Numbered from the stretch's first letter, positions 7,887 through 17,261 are shown. The stretch is DNA of 39,734 bases from an uncultured Candidatus Saccharibacteria bacterium (GCA_964523275.1 CAZFZI010000001.1:7214-46947), one strand, 5' to 3'. The notes: generated by a model not told the origin, from the sequence alone. Made by a program: numbers and translations.

Positions 7887-9539
7887 TTACGGGGTTTGAT
7901 CTTGTTTTTCCAAAAAATAATTTTTATCAATTCGAATTTTATCTATACTGCCCTTGTTTATCCACCTAATAAATTCAGATGGTTTCATTGGTTTTCCTGC
8001 GAAGCGATAAGTCCAAAGAATATAACATTGTTTTCGCGTGCGTGTTAATGCTACCAAGAATCTGAAAATTTCCAATTCCTTTATGTGATCCGGGTCATTG
8101 GGAATGTCGCCATTGTGCAATCCAACAATAAATACAAATTGAGCCGAAAGACCTTTGGCGCCCTCATAAGAAGTTAGTTTTATAGTCGGCTGCCCTTGTG
8201 GAACTTGGTTTGTAGCAATTTCTTCTGGTTTTACCCAATTATTAGCTTCCAAAAGCAAAGCATCTCTGTAGCTTTCTTCTATTTCTCCAAATAAAGGCTT
8301 TTGATATTTCGCTGCTTTTTCCAGCGCACCTTGAGAGAAGTCTGGATTATCGGCTTCTATGGCAATACGCCACCCCACATTGGACTTCGAGTCTTCTTTA
8401 AGGTAGGGCAACGCCATTGAGTGCGTTATTGTGGAAGATTCTTTCCCGCCTTCATGGTAATCAATTATAAATCCTGCATCTCGTAGGTATTTAGCAATTT
8501 GTGATAAATACTGCTTTGGTCCAACTATTAATGCCGTAGGAAAATTTTCTTGAATTGACTCGATTATGTATTTCCGCGGAATTTTTTTAATTATATCGGC
8601 TATAATTTTCCCAAAATAATTTGTTTTTAGCTGTTGAGCTGAAATTTCCAGCACCTTAATTCTTGGATGCACTAAGCTGTCTTGTTCCCTATAAGGTTCA
8701 AAATATTTGTACGGCTTATCTATACGGCCTGGTAAAAGTTTTTTATATTGCGCGACCATTACTATGTCAGCAAAGGAGTCCACGATAACTTTGGGACATC
8801 GAAGGCAAAATGGCAATTCACAATTCTCATATTCATCGCCTCGATACAAACGGCGAATAAATTCATAACTGGAACCACGAAGTTGACTATAAAGAGCCTG
8901 GTCATCGTCTCCAGCAACAGCGATAGAATTATTTTCGCTTAAAAGATTCAGCAAACTCACTTCAAGCCGGTTGAAATCTTGATATTCATCAACCAAGATG
9001 AGCATATATTTTGGAATTTTAACGCGCCCGCAAAAATAAGCAGAATAAACTCTGAAAATTGAATCATCAAATCCAACAGTATCATAATAATTAGAACGCG
9101 ATAGATAAAATTCAGATTGTGCATCTTCTATGGTACTGCGCATATTTCCCACAAATTGAGGAGCATTCTTCCCATATAAAATTTCCCAATCCTTTTTTAT
9201 CAAAGTTGGTAAATAGGGAAATATCTTAAATGTTTCTGACAACCCCGTCCGCAGATGAGGATTTTCATGTAATAATTTTACGCAATAACCATGAAATGTA
9301 AAAACTTGGGCAAGGCGAGAAAGTTTTTCACATAGTTCGTCCTTTAAATTATTTATAAAAGTCAAAACCAGCTGATTCCTTTCTCCATTGTCATTTTTTT
9401 CGAGTAATTTTTTGAATAGCGTTGTTTTTCCAGCTCCGGGACCCGCCAATATTACTTTTTTGGGACGATCCGAATTAACAATTTTTTCAATTGCAGATGC
9501 AAGCTCCTTCTTTAATTTATTCGAGTTAGTTTCGGGCAT
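7887..9539 (-). CDS. Compact UvrD-like SF1 helicase/ATPase (550 aa)
   Basis: Motif I ILAGPGAGKTT, motif II LILVDEYQDFN, motif III VAGDDDQALY, motif V-like TSYEGAKGLSAQFVFIVG, motif VI VALTRTRKQCYIL. ATG at 9537-9539. AT-rich. Confidence 0.88.
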   Translation of the reverse strand: MPETNSNKLKKELASAIEKIVNSDRPKKVILAGPGAGKTTLFKKLLEKNDNGERNQLVLTFINNLKDELCEKLSRLAQVFTFHGYCVKLLHENPHLRTGLSETFKIFPYLPTLIKKDWEILYGKNAPQFVGNMRSTIEDAQSEFYLSRSNYYDTVGFDDSIFRVYSAYFCGRVKIPKYMLILVDEYQDFNRLEVSLLNLLSENNSIAVAGDDDQALYSQLRGSSYEFIRRLYRGDEYENCELPFCLRCPKVIVDSFADIVMVAQYKKLLPGRIDKPYKYFEPYREQDSLVHPRIKVLEISAQQLKTNYFGKIIADIIKKIPRKYIIESIQENFPTALIVGPKQYLSQIAKYLRDAGFIIDYHEGGKESSTITHSMALPYLKEDSKSNVGWRIAIEADNPDFSQGALEKAAKYQKPLFGEIEESYRDALLLEANNWVKPEEIATNQVPQGQPTIKLTSYEGAKGLSAQFVFIVGLHNGDIPNDPDHIKELEIFRFLVALTRTRKQCYILWTYRFAGKPMKPSEFIRWINKGSIDKIRIDKNYFLEKQDQTP

Positions 9540-9600
9540 AATCGTTCGTTATTCCGAGTTTCAGTGATTTTGAATTTTATTTTTTCCTGAAATATTTCAA

Positions 9601-9954
9601 CTATTTTTGTTTCTCAACAATTTTTGTCTCCTCTGGTGTAAGGCCGTAAAGCTGATAAACCATTTGGTCAATTTGGTTTTCGTATTCTTTTACTTTGGCC
9701 TGTTTGGCGGGATTTTCCAAATAATCGCCGGATCCGGTAATCGCCAAAATTTTATCAACAATTTCAATAAATGGTTTTTGTTGCTTTACGGTCGCAATTT
9801 TGATAGACATTTGCTTTGCATTGTCAGGATAAAAATGAATTTTTCCCGATAAAAAATAATTAAAATACCAACTTATTATTTTTAAATTTAATATCGTCAA
9901 CAAAAAATTATAATCATAGTTTTTTTCCGTTTCCAATTTCTTTGTTTTCTTCAA
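9601..9954 (-). pseudogene. Truncated C-terminal fragment of a TaqI_C/Eco57I-type (type IIG / PglX-like) restriction-modification enzyme (copy B)
   Basis: NFLLTILNLKIISWYFNYF and ILAITGSGDYLENPAKQAKVKEYENQIDQMVYQLYGLTPEETKIVE are typical of the specificity-domain tail of these roughly 1000-aa enzymes. Only 117 codons are open, the track start is TTG, and a stop lies at 9964-9966. Confidence 0.65.
9644..9772. repeat. 129-nt direct repeat, right copy (partner 7757-7885)
   Basis: See the left copy. The offset between copies is 1887 bp. Confidence 0.9.
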
Positions 9955-10088
9955 TTTCCTCCATCAGATCGTTATTCATAATCAATTAGTATTTTACATA
10001 GAAACGCGCTCGCAATGCCATACTTCACTATAATGTACCTTTTTTGAACCGCTTTTTCAATCACCAAGCTATAACCCAGCATAACATA

Positions 10089-10117
10089 TTGACTTAATCG
10101 GGTGAAAGGTGTATCTA
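10089..10117 (+). promoter_or_regulatory. Candidate promoter of the tetR-efflux operon
   Basis: TTGACT (10089-10094), a 17-nt spacer, then TATCTA (10112-10117). Confidence 0.4.
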
Positions 10118-10125
10118 TTTGATTG

Positions 10126-10147
10126 TTGCCTACCGAACGGTAGGTAA
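10126..10147 (+). promoter_or_regulatory. Palindromic operator candidate TTGCCTACCGAACGGTAGGTAA
   Basis: Perfect core CCTACCG-AA-CGGTAGG (10129-10144). Lies between the candidate -10 and the tetR ATG at 10184. Confidence 0.55.
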
Positions 10148-10183
10148 GCAATTGCCAATGATCATTTATTAATTATTAAAATA

Positions 10184-10744
10184 ATGGAAACTCAAAACCG
10201 CAGGGTTGAAATTATTCGGGCGGCCAAGAAGTTATTCGCGAAAAACGGTTATTCGCCCACTTCCATGGATGACATCGCGAAAAACGTGGGCATTGCCAAA
10301 CCTTCGCTTTATTATTTTTTCAAAAGCAAGGAAGAAATTTTCGCGGCAATCGTGGAAGAAGTAATCATTGAATTAAGAAATTATTTGTCTGCGGAATTGA
10401 AAATTTGCAAATCGGGAAAAAACGAGCTGGCCGAAATGATCAACCGCACCATTTCCATCTGTCTGAAAAACGGAATCGTTTTGCGGCCGGTGGATATCAA
10501 AATGGCCAATATTCACCCGATAATTTTTGGCAAAATACTGCCGATGCTGGCTGAAATAAAAAATAATTTGCGGCAGACGCTGGCCTGTTACGGCGTGAAC
10601 GAAAGCGGGCTGGCCGCCGAAGTGCTGGTCAATTCCGTGCACGCATACGTTCTCCAGCACAAACACGGCATCAAGATCGCGCCCCAAAAACAATACGGCG
10701 AATATCTGGCATCATTATTCATCAAAAATCAAAAACAACTATGA
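10184..10744 (+). CDS. TetR/AcrR-family transcriptional regulator
   Basis: RRVEIIRAAKKLFAKNGYSPTSMDDIAKNVGIAKPSLYYFFKSKEEIF is the canonical TetR HTH. The stop overlaps the next start (ATGA). Confidence 0.9.
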   Translation: METQNRRVEIIRAAKKLFAKNGYSPTSMDDIAKNVGIAKPSLYYFFKSKEEIFAAIVEEVIIELRNYLSAELKICKSGKNELAEMINRTISICLKNGIVLRPVDIKMANIHPIIFGKILPMLAEIKNNLRQTLACYGVNESGLAAEVLVNSVHAYVLQHKHGIKIAPQKQYGEYLASLFIKNQKQL

Positions 10745-12303
10745 ACCTCATCCACTTTCTCAAACATCATAAATTGGGCGCGATATTCATAATTGCCGCC
10801 ATCGCAATAATTTTCGGCGCCGGCGCGGCGCGGATAAACAATCAAAATCAAGCGCAAACAACAGAACAAACGCCATCGGTATCGCTGATTTTGGCAAGCG
10901 ACTATTTGGCGCAAAACACCGTCAGTCTTGACAGCGGCACGGTGCAATCAGCAAAACAAACCAGTCTGAAAGCGCAAATTAGCGCGCAGATTGTTTCAAT
11001 TAACGCCAATCTGGGAGACAATGTGAGCGCCGGCCAAACAATCGCCAAATTGCAAGACCGCGATATTGCCGCGCAATCGGACCAAGCGCGGGCGCGCTTG
11101 GAAGAATTGGAAAAAGGCGCGCGGCCGCAAGATATTCAACTTTCCCAAACTTCAAGTGAAGAAGCAAAATCCGCGCTGATTAACTCCATCAAAGACGCTT
11201 ATGCAAAAGCTGATGACGCGATACACAATCATATTGATAAATTTTTTGCCAATCCTCGGCAAAGTTCGGCTGAATTTTTAATTTCAATCAATGTAAGCGG
11301 CACACGAGTTGATATTTATCCGGTCAATGGCGAGCTGGCGCGCCGGGCCGCCAGCCAAAAATACGCGCTGGAATCAATGTTTTCCGAATGGCAAAAAACA
11401 ATAAGCACAGTTGTCAGCAACACCGGCCAAAACGAAATTGAAACCGCGGGAAATCTATCCAAAAAAAACTTGCAAACTGTTATTGATTTTGCAAACACAA
11501 TGGCGCCACTGGTCAATGATCTTTCCAGCGACAACGCCGCCTACAAACAGATTATTGACGGATACAAATCCGAATTTTCGGCGGCCCGATCAACCGCGAG
11601 CGGCGCCCTAAATTCCTTGCAAGGCGCGCAAACCGCATGGCTTGCGGCCAGAAACGCCCTGGAGTTCAAACTTGCCGGCGCCAGCGATGAGCAAATCCGG
11701 CAAGCTCGGGCCGCGGTTGAAGCACTTCAAGCGGCATTGGCAAAAACCGCGATCATCGCGCCGATTTCCGGTAAAATTTCTTATATTGCCGGCAATATCG
11801 GCGAACTGGCAATGCCCGGCCAACTCATCGCCAGCATCGTCAATCCAACAGCGTTGCAAGTGAAAACCTATGCTTCGGAAATTGACCTGCCGCGAATCAC
11901 AATCGGCGATTATGCCGAAATTGACGGCGGCGCTCAAGGCACCGTGAGCAATATATCTCCGGCAATTGACCCGCAAACCAAGAAAATAGAAGTGATTATC
12001 GCAATCACAAAAAACGCTCCCAATCCGATTGTTATCGGACAAAACGTAAGCGTTAAAATCAACGCCAAAAACACAGGTTCAGCCGGCGCCAAATATTTGC
12101 TCCCGATACAAGCGATTCAATTTACCGACAACGGCAATTACGCGCTTTTCGTTGAGAAAAACCTCATAACGCGGATTTCGGTGCAAACCGGCGAGCTCAT
12201 CGGCGAAAATATTCAAATTACCGGCGGCTTAGACGCGGAAACAAAAATCGTTTCTTCGGTGCGAGGGCTAAAAGAAGGAGATTCCGTCACAATACAAGAA
12301 TAA
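10741..12303 (+). CDS. Efflux periplasmic adaptor (HlyD/MFP family)
   Basis: N-terminal TM, lipoyl-like ISAQIVSINANLGDNVSAGQTIAKL, long coiled-coil, and APISGKISYIAGNIGE beta-barrel segment. Located between tetR and the RND pump. Confidence 0.85.
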   Translation: MNLIHFLKHHKLGAIFIIAAIAIIFGAGAARINNQNQAQTTEQTPSVSLILASDYLAQNTVSLDSGTVQSAKQTSLKAQISAQIVSINANLGDNVSAGQTIAKLQDRDIAAQSDQARARLEELEKGARPQDIQLSQTSSEEAKSALINSIKDAYAKADDAIHNHIDKFFANPRQSSAEFLISINVSGTRVDIYPVNGELARRAASQKYALESMFSEWQKTISTVVSNTGQNEIETAGNLSKKNLQTVIDFANTMAPLVNDLSSDNAAYKQIIDGYKSEFSAARSTASGALNSLQGAQTAWLAARNALEFKLAGASDEQIRQARAAVEALQAALAKTAIIAPISGKISYIAGNIGELAMPGQLIASIVNPTALQVKTYASEIDLPRITIGDYAEIDGGAQGTVSNISPAIDPQTKKIEVIIAITKNAPNPIVIGQNVSVKINAKNTGSAGAKYLLPIQAIQFTDNGNYALFVEKNLITRISVQTGELIGENIQITGGLDAETKIVSSVRGLKEGDSVTIQE

Positions 12304-12321
12304 AAAAATCCACATTTAACA

Positions 12322-15300
12322 ATGGAAAATAAACCTTCGTTTGACCAGTTATATCTTGATAAATTGAAATTCAATCCCCGTTTGAAAAAAATGTGGCTGA
12401 GTTTTTTCGTATATAAATTCCGGGTAATCGCTTTGATGATTGCCTTGATTTCGGTTTGGGGAGTTTATTCTTTCCTCAAACTGCCGCGAGAATCAAACCC
12501 GGAAGTGAAAATTCCAATCGCGGTCGTGAGCACAATTTTTCCGGGAGCATCGCCCACCGATGTGGAAGAGCTGGTAACCAAAAAAATTGAAACCAAAATT
12601 GCCGGCATTTCCGGAATTGACACCATCCAGTCGTCATCAGCAAATTCAATTTCCAGCATCGTGGTGCAATTTAACGCCGACCAGGATTTGGACGATTCTG
12701 TCCGCAAAGTGCGCGACGCAGTGGAAAATATTAAAAACCAGCTTCCCGGAGATACCAACGATCCGGCCGTGAATGAAATATCTTTTGATGACACGCCGAT
12801 ATACACAATCGCGATAAGCGGACCCTATGACGGATTCACTCTTTATGACTATGCCCAAGACATTAAAAGCGAACTGGAAAAAATCCCCGGCGTGCGCCAA
12901 GCTGACATCGCCGGTGGCGATCGGCGAGAGATTGAAATTAATTATTCGCCGGAAAAGCTTAATTTTTACGGTGTTTCGCTGGCACAAGCCAATGCCGCGA
13001 TAAGCGCGGCCAACATCAATATTCCATCAGGTAATTTTGAAAGCCGGGTATATGTCTACCCGATCAGCGTTGACGGAAGAATCTACGACACGCAAAAACT
13101 GCAAGAATTACCAATCGGCGGCACGGCGCAAAATCTGATATTTTTAGACGATGTGGCCGCGATAAGAGAAATATCAATTAAAAAAACCAAAATTTCAAGA
13201 ATTGCATCGCTTGACAATTTGCCAACATCAGCGGTAACCATCAGCGTTGTCAAGCGATCCGGCGGCAACATCATCACCGCCGTGGACGAAGTAAAGGCCG
13301 CGCTGGAAACATTCGCCGCCGGTATTCCGGGGCTGGAATACCGCGCCACATACGACCAATCAAAATATATCCGTGATGATTTTGAACAATTAACCCATGA
13401 TTTCATTTTAACGCTATGCCTTGTGATGGGAGTTTTGTTTTTGCTCATCGGCGCGAAGGAGGCGCTGGTTGCGGGGCTGGCTATTCCTTTGGTGTTCTTC
13501 ATCACTTTTGGAATAATGGATTCAATCGGTATCACATTAAATTTCCTGTCAATGTTTTCCCTGCTTCTATCGCTGGGGCTGATCGTGGATGATGCGATCG
13601 TGGTGGTTTCGGCCACCAAGCAATATATGCGGTCTGGAAAATTCACGCCCGAAGAAGCGGTGCTCTTGGTGCTAAACGATTTCAAAATCGTTTTAACCAC
13701 CACCACGCTCACCACGGTTTGGGCATTTTTGCCGCTGCTGTTCTCCGGCGGGATCATGGGGCAATTTCTGAAATCCGTGCCAATTGTTGTTTCCACCACA
13801 TTGCTGGCATCGCTGGCAATCGCGCTGATGGTCAATCACCCGCTTGCCGCGATTCTGGAACGGGTGCGCCTCACAAAAAAACTGTTCTTCGTCTACATAG
13901 GCGCGCTCCTTGCCGCCGCCGCACTCTTGCTCCTGCAAAAGAATATTTTTGCCGTTGCCGGAGGCGCGATCATTCTGGCCGCCGCCGGATTGATGGCCTG
14001 GTGGTATGAAACGCGCAGCAAACCCGCACTGGAAGAAAACCGGCGGCTGATGGCATCCGAATCAAAAAACGACGAATTGATCAAGCAAAAGTTGCGCGGC
14101 CAAAACCAGCCGCAAAAAAACATTTGGTTTTCGCGGATCAGCCACGGAATCATAAATTTTAGCCAAGCCCTGCCCCTTTATGAAAAATATCTTGCAAAAT
14201 TGGTGGATAACGCAAAAATCCGCAAAATGTTTTTTGCGGCAATTTTGGCGCTGTTTGCCGGCACGGCAATTTTGCCGATATGCGGCATTGTCGGGTCCGA
14301 ATTCTTTCCGGCGGACGACTTGGGCTATATGTATGTCAATATTGAAGCGCCATCCGGCTATAAATTGGAGCAAACGGATTTAATCGCCCAAATCGTGGAA
14401 AAAGAATTATCGCAATACAAAGAAATTGATAATTTTTCCACCACTGTGGGCGGCGCGATTTCCACTTCCACGTCAAATTATCAGAGTGGATCGTCATCAG
14501 CCAATAAAGCATCAATCACAATCAATCTGGTTGACAAAAACCAACGTATGTTAAAATCATACGAAATGGAAGAAATCTTGCGGCGCGATTTGGCGCAAAT
14601 CCCAAACGCCAAAATAACCGTGGTTTCTTTGCGCGGCGGACCGCCCAGCGGCTCGGCCTTTCAGGCGCAAATTTCCGGCGACGAAATTATGCCACTTCAA
14701 GAAATCGCCAACGATCTAAAACCAATCCTGCAATCCATCCCGGGCGTCGTTAACACCGAAATCTCGCTCAAAGAAACTTCTCCGCAATACGTTTTCAAGG
14801 TTGATCATACCAAGCTCGCCCAAAACGGCCTGAATGCCGCCGCGGTGGGATCCATGCTGCGCACCGCAATTTCCGGCACGGAAGCCGCTTCTATCCTGCG
14901 GGACAACCAAGACATAAAAGTTATCGCCAAGTTTGACGAAACAGCGATTGACGATCTGGAAGCAGTGCAAAATCTACAAATCACAAACTCGCAAGGCCGG
15001 CCGGTTTTCATAAAAGACGTCGCCGAAATTTCACTGGATCCTTCAGTGGAAAGCATTTTGCGCATCAACCAAAAACGCACCGTGCTGTTAACCGGCGATA
15101 TCACCGCCCAAACCACTTCCGACACAGTGCTGTCCGAATTTCAAAAAAGGGCGAACGGATATAAATTACCTGAAAATTACGAAATCACCTTTGGCGGCGC
15201 AAATGAAACATCAGCCGAATCCGTGCAATCAATTATCGCGGCCATGGGGCTGGCGTTCATTCTTATCGTGGCCACAATGGTGATCCAATTCAACTCTTTC

Positions 15301-15741
15301 ACCAAAGCCGCGATTGTTTTGATATCAGTGCCGCTGGCCTTGATCGGAGTTTTCTTGGGCTTGGCGATTTTTGGCGTTCCGTTGAGTTTCCCGGGCCTCA
15401 TCGGAATTTTGGCGCTGTTTGGAATTGTGGTGAAAAACGCGATCATACTGGTTGACAAGATCAATCTCAACCTTGCCAGCGCCATTCCCTTTCGCGACGC
15501 AATCGTTGACGCGGGCAAATCGCGGTTTGAAGCGATTTTCATCACCTCATTTTGCACCATTATTGGCATCATTCCCATAACACTGTCTTCGGCAACATGG
15601 CAGGCACTGGGATTGTCAATCATCTGCGGCTTGTCGGTGTCATCATTTTTCACCCTGTTTATGGTTCCCGCGCTTTTTGCCGCCCTCATCAAACATGACA
15701 GCTTACCGCATCATTCCAACACCGCGACACAAGCATTATAG
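12322..15741 (+). CDS. RND-family efflux transporter (AcrB/AcrD/AcrF family, 1139 aa)
   Basis: Two pseudo-repeats, each with a large extracytoplasmic loop plus TM bundles. LGLIVDDAIVVV and FGIVVKNAIILVD are conserved TM4/TM10 proton-relay motifs. Confidence 0.92.
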   Translation: MENKPSFDQLYLDKLKFNPRLKKMWLSFFVYKFRVIALMIALISVWGVYSFLKLPRESNPEVKIPIAVVSTIFPGASPTDVEELVTKKIETKIAGISGIDTIQSSSANSISSIVVQFNADQDLDDSVRKVRDAVENIKNQLPGDTNDPAVNEISFDDTPIYTIAISGPYDGFTLYDYAQDIKSELEKIPGVRQADIAGGDRREIEINYSPEKLNFYGVSLAQANAAISAANINIPSGNFESRVYVYPISVDGRIYDTQKLQELPIGGTAQNLIFLDDVAAIREISIKKTKISRIASLDNLPTSAVTISVVKRSGGNIITAVDEVKAALETFAAGIPGLEYRATYDQSKYIRDDFEQLTHDFILTLCLVMGVLFLLIGAKEALVAGLAIPLVFFITFGIMDSIGITLNFLSMFSLLLSLGLIVDDAIVVVSATKQYMRSGKFTPEEAVLLVLNDFKIVLTTTTLTTVWAFLPLLFSGGIMGQFLKSVPIVVSTTLLASLAIALMVNHPLAAILERVRLTKKLFFVYIGALLAAAALLLLQKNIFAVAGGAIILAAAGLMAWWYETRSKPALEENRRLMASESKNDELIKQKLRGQNQPQKNIWFSRISHGIINFSQALPLYEKYLAKLVDNAKIRKMFFAAILALFAGTAILPICGIVGSEFFPADDLGYMYVNIEAPSGYKLEQTDLIAQIVEKELSQYKEIDNFSTTVGGAISTSTSNYQSGSSSANKASITINLVDKNQRMLKSYEMEEILRRDLAQIPNAKITVVSLRGGPPSGSAFQAQISGDEIMPLQEIANDLKPILQSIPGVVNTEISLKETSPQYVFKVDHTKLAQNGLNAAAVGSMLRTAISGTEAASILRDNQDIKVIAKFDETAIDDLEAVQNLQITNSQGRPVFIKDVAEISLDPSVESILRINQKRTVLLTGDITAQTTSDTVLSEFQKRANGYKLPENYEITFGGANETSAESVQSIIAAMGLAFILIVATMVIQFNSFTKAAIVLISVPLALIGVFLGLAIFGVPLSFPGLIGILALFGIVVKNAIILVDKINLNLASAIPFRDAIVDAGKSRFEAIFITSFCTIIGIIPITLSSATWQALGLSIICGLSVSSFFTLFMVPALFAALIKHDSLPHHSNTATQAL

Positions 15742-16787
15742 ACTTTCACTTGCGCGTTATATTTTTCAATATCGGATTTGTGCCGCTCGTAAACCGCGCG
15801 GGCTTCCCCCATATCGGCATTATATTCATTGACATTGGCATTTATCATCGCAACAGCGTCATTCAGTTCGTCCAATTTCGCGTTTATTGTTTTGCGATCC
15901 GCGCGAACAACAACCAGCGCGTCATATTCGGATTTCAAAGCCTGCGCCACCGCTTTTTGCCGTTCAATTTGCGGCAAGAGCGCGTCTTGTCGCGCGGCAT
16001 AATCATTCAAAATCGTTTTTTGGCGATCAATTTCCAAAGCCAGATTGGCATCAATTTGAGGATACGCGCTTTCGGGCGTGGCAAATATCTGCACTGCCAG
16101 CCAAGTGTTTCCGCCTTCAAACATTCCATACGCCACCGCAACGCCGATATCCTGATAGGCGGCTTTTAATATATTTTCCCGGTGCCCGGGGCTGTCCATC
16201 CATGCTTGCGCCAAGACCGCGTCATTGGCATAATTGCCCTTAGCCAAATTTTCACCGATGACAATGAATTGATAATTTGCATTGCCCGCAAAATAATCCG
16301 CGCCATATCCTGCCGGAGAAATATGCTCAAAATACTGCCCGTCAAACATATCTTTAACTTTGGCGGCCGCGGCAATATCCAGCAAAGAATTTTCTTTTAA
16401 ATCAAACCCTTGACCCAAATGAATTTGCCGCCAAATATTTGTTTGCGCGATGATTCCGGCGCGAGTTAGCGCGCCATTGCCGATTGTCTGTTTTTCGGAA
16501 AGGTCCGGCAGTTGAATCGCCGGCGCCAAAACATTTTGCTTTTCCGGCGCCAGAATATCGGGCGCGTTGGCGTTGGGCGCGTCTTCAATCGCGGCAGTTT
16601 GACGCAAAGTAAAAGCGGCGCCGGTGTCGCTTTCCTGCTCAACAATCGTTATTGCCGGAGGCATAAAAATCTGATTTTCAACAAATTCCCGGGCGTGGCG
16701 CAATTGGCCAAAATCAATCCAAAAAAACGCAGCCAAAACGGCCAGCGATATTGCCAGAAGCGAAAATAGAAATTTCAATATCCGCAT
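15711..16787 (-). CDS. Secreted/anchored CAP (SCP/PR-1, YkwD-like) domain protein with a C-terminal coiled coil
   Basis: N-terminal TM, and GENLAKGNYANDAVLAQAWMDSPGHRENIL typical of the CAP domain. Convergent 31-nt overlap with the end of the RND gene. Confidence 0.75.
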   Translation of the reverse strand: MRILKFLFSLLAISLAVLAAFFWIDFGQLRHAREFVENQIFMPPAITIVEQESDTGAAFTLRQTAAIEDAPNANAPDILAPEKQNVLAPAIQLPDLSEKQTIGNGALTRAGIIAQTNIWRQIHLGQGFDLKENSLLDIAAAAKVKDMFDGQYFEHISPAGYGADYFAGNANYQFIVIGENLAKGNYANDAVLAQAWMDSPGHRENILKAAYQDIGVAVAYGMFEGGNTWLAVQIFATPESAYPQIDANLALEIDRQKTILNDYAARQDALLPQIERQKAVAQALKSEYDALVVVRADRKTINAKLDELNDAVAMINANVNEYNADMGEARAVYERHKSDIEKYNAQVKVYNACVAVLE

Positions 16788-16881
16788 AATATTTTAATTA
16801 TAGCACAAACAAAAAAACGCCTCCCGGCATTTAATTTTTAAACAAAAAAATAAGGCCAAGCTTCAGCAATCATGCTCAAGC

Positions 16882-17007
16882 TTAACCTTCTAATGGAATG
16901 TTTTCTCCGCCGACAATGAGCCGATGCTCTTGCATTGCCTGTCGCCTTAAATCAGCGGCTAAATCATCTTCGGGCTTTTCGATAACTGCAATCCCTAGAA
17001 GATCCAT
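16882..17007 (-). CDS. Small acidic protein (41 aa), hypothetical
   Basis: ATG at 17005-17007 preceded by AGGAGGTGA 7 nt upstream and by candidate promoters. Translation MDLLGIAVIEKPEDDLAADLRRQAMQEHRLIVGGENIPLEG. Below the ORF-track size cut-off. Confidence 0.45.
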   Translation of the reverse strand: MDLLGIAVIEKPEDDLAADLRRQAMQEHRLIVGGENIPLEG

Positions 17008-17051
17008 TGCGTCTCACCTCCTGTTCAGTCTCCCGCCTAAGGGATAATACT

Positions 17052-17091
17052 AGTATACAAAAATTTTAATAAAAATCAACAACCTTGACAA
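17052..17091 (-). promoter_or_regulatory. Candidate promoter(s) for the 41-aa gene
   Basis: Minus strand has two overlapping candidates. One is TTGATT, 16 nt, TATACT (17074-17079 / 17052-17057). The other is TTGTCA, 17 nt, TAAAAT (17086-17091 / 17063-17068). Confidence 0.4.
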
Positions 17092-17261
17092 TTATGAAAA
17101 TTAGCATATTCTCGAGTTGAGGAAGCATCCACCTCCTCGATTTCTTTTGAGATGTAGAACGGATTATCTTGAATCTGTTTTGCCTTTTTAATAAGCGATG
17201 TATAATGTTTGCTAAGATCTTTTTTTACTTCCCCCTTTCTCCCGCCTATAGTATTATACAT
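17076..17261 (-). CDS. Small hypothetical protein (61 aa from the internal ATG)
   Basis: The track start at 17357 is TTG. ATG at 17259-17261 is preceded by AAGAGGGAG. Translation MYNTIGGRKGEVKKDLSKHYTSLIKKAKQIQDNPFYISKEIEEVDASSTREYANFHNCQGC. Confidence 0.4.
   Translation of the reverse strand: MYNTIGGRKGEVKKDLSKHYTSLIKKAKQIQDNPFYISKEIEEVDASSTREYANFHNCQGC

Noticed and set aside
7887-9539. Calling the UvrD-like helicase GajB, making this a Gabija system
   Set aside because: No GajA-type ATPase-TOPRIM (OLD family) gene is adjacent. The only neighbouring nuclease is a small HNH protein, so the locus does not meet the two-gene Gabija definition.
6200-10000. Annotating island 1 as a mobile element (IS, transposon or prophage)
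   Set aside because: No transposase, integrase or recombinase ORF is present, and no terminal inverted repeats were found. The 129-nt flanking repeats are coding-sequence duplications in direct orientation, not IS ends.
13083-13835. Long antisense ORFs inside the RND pump gene (13083-13835, 15177-15692, and others) and inside the acetyl-CoA synthetase gene (17401-17967, 18478-19035)
   Set aside because: They lie opposite long ORFs with unambiguous family motifs and have low-complexity or odd composition. They show no start or RBS support. These are shadow ORFs.
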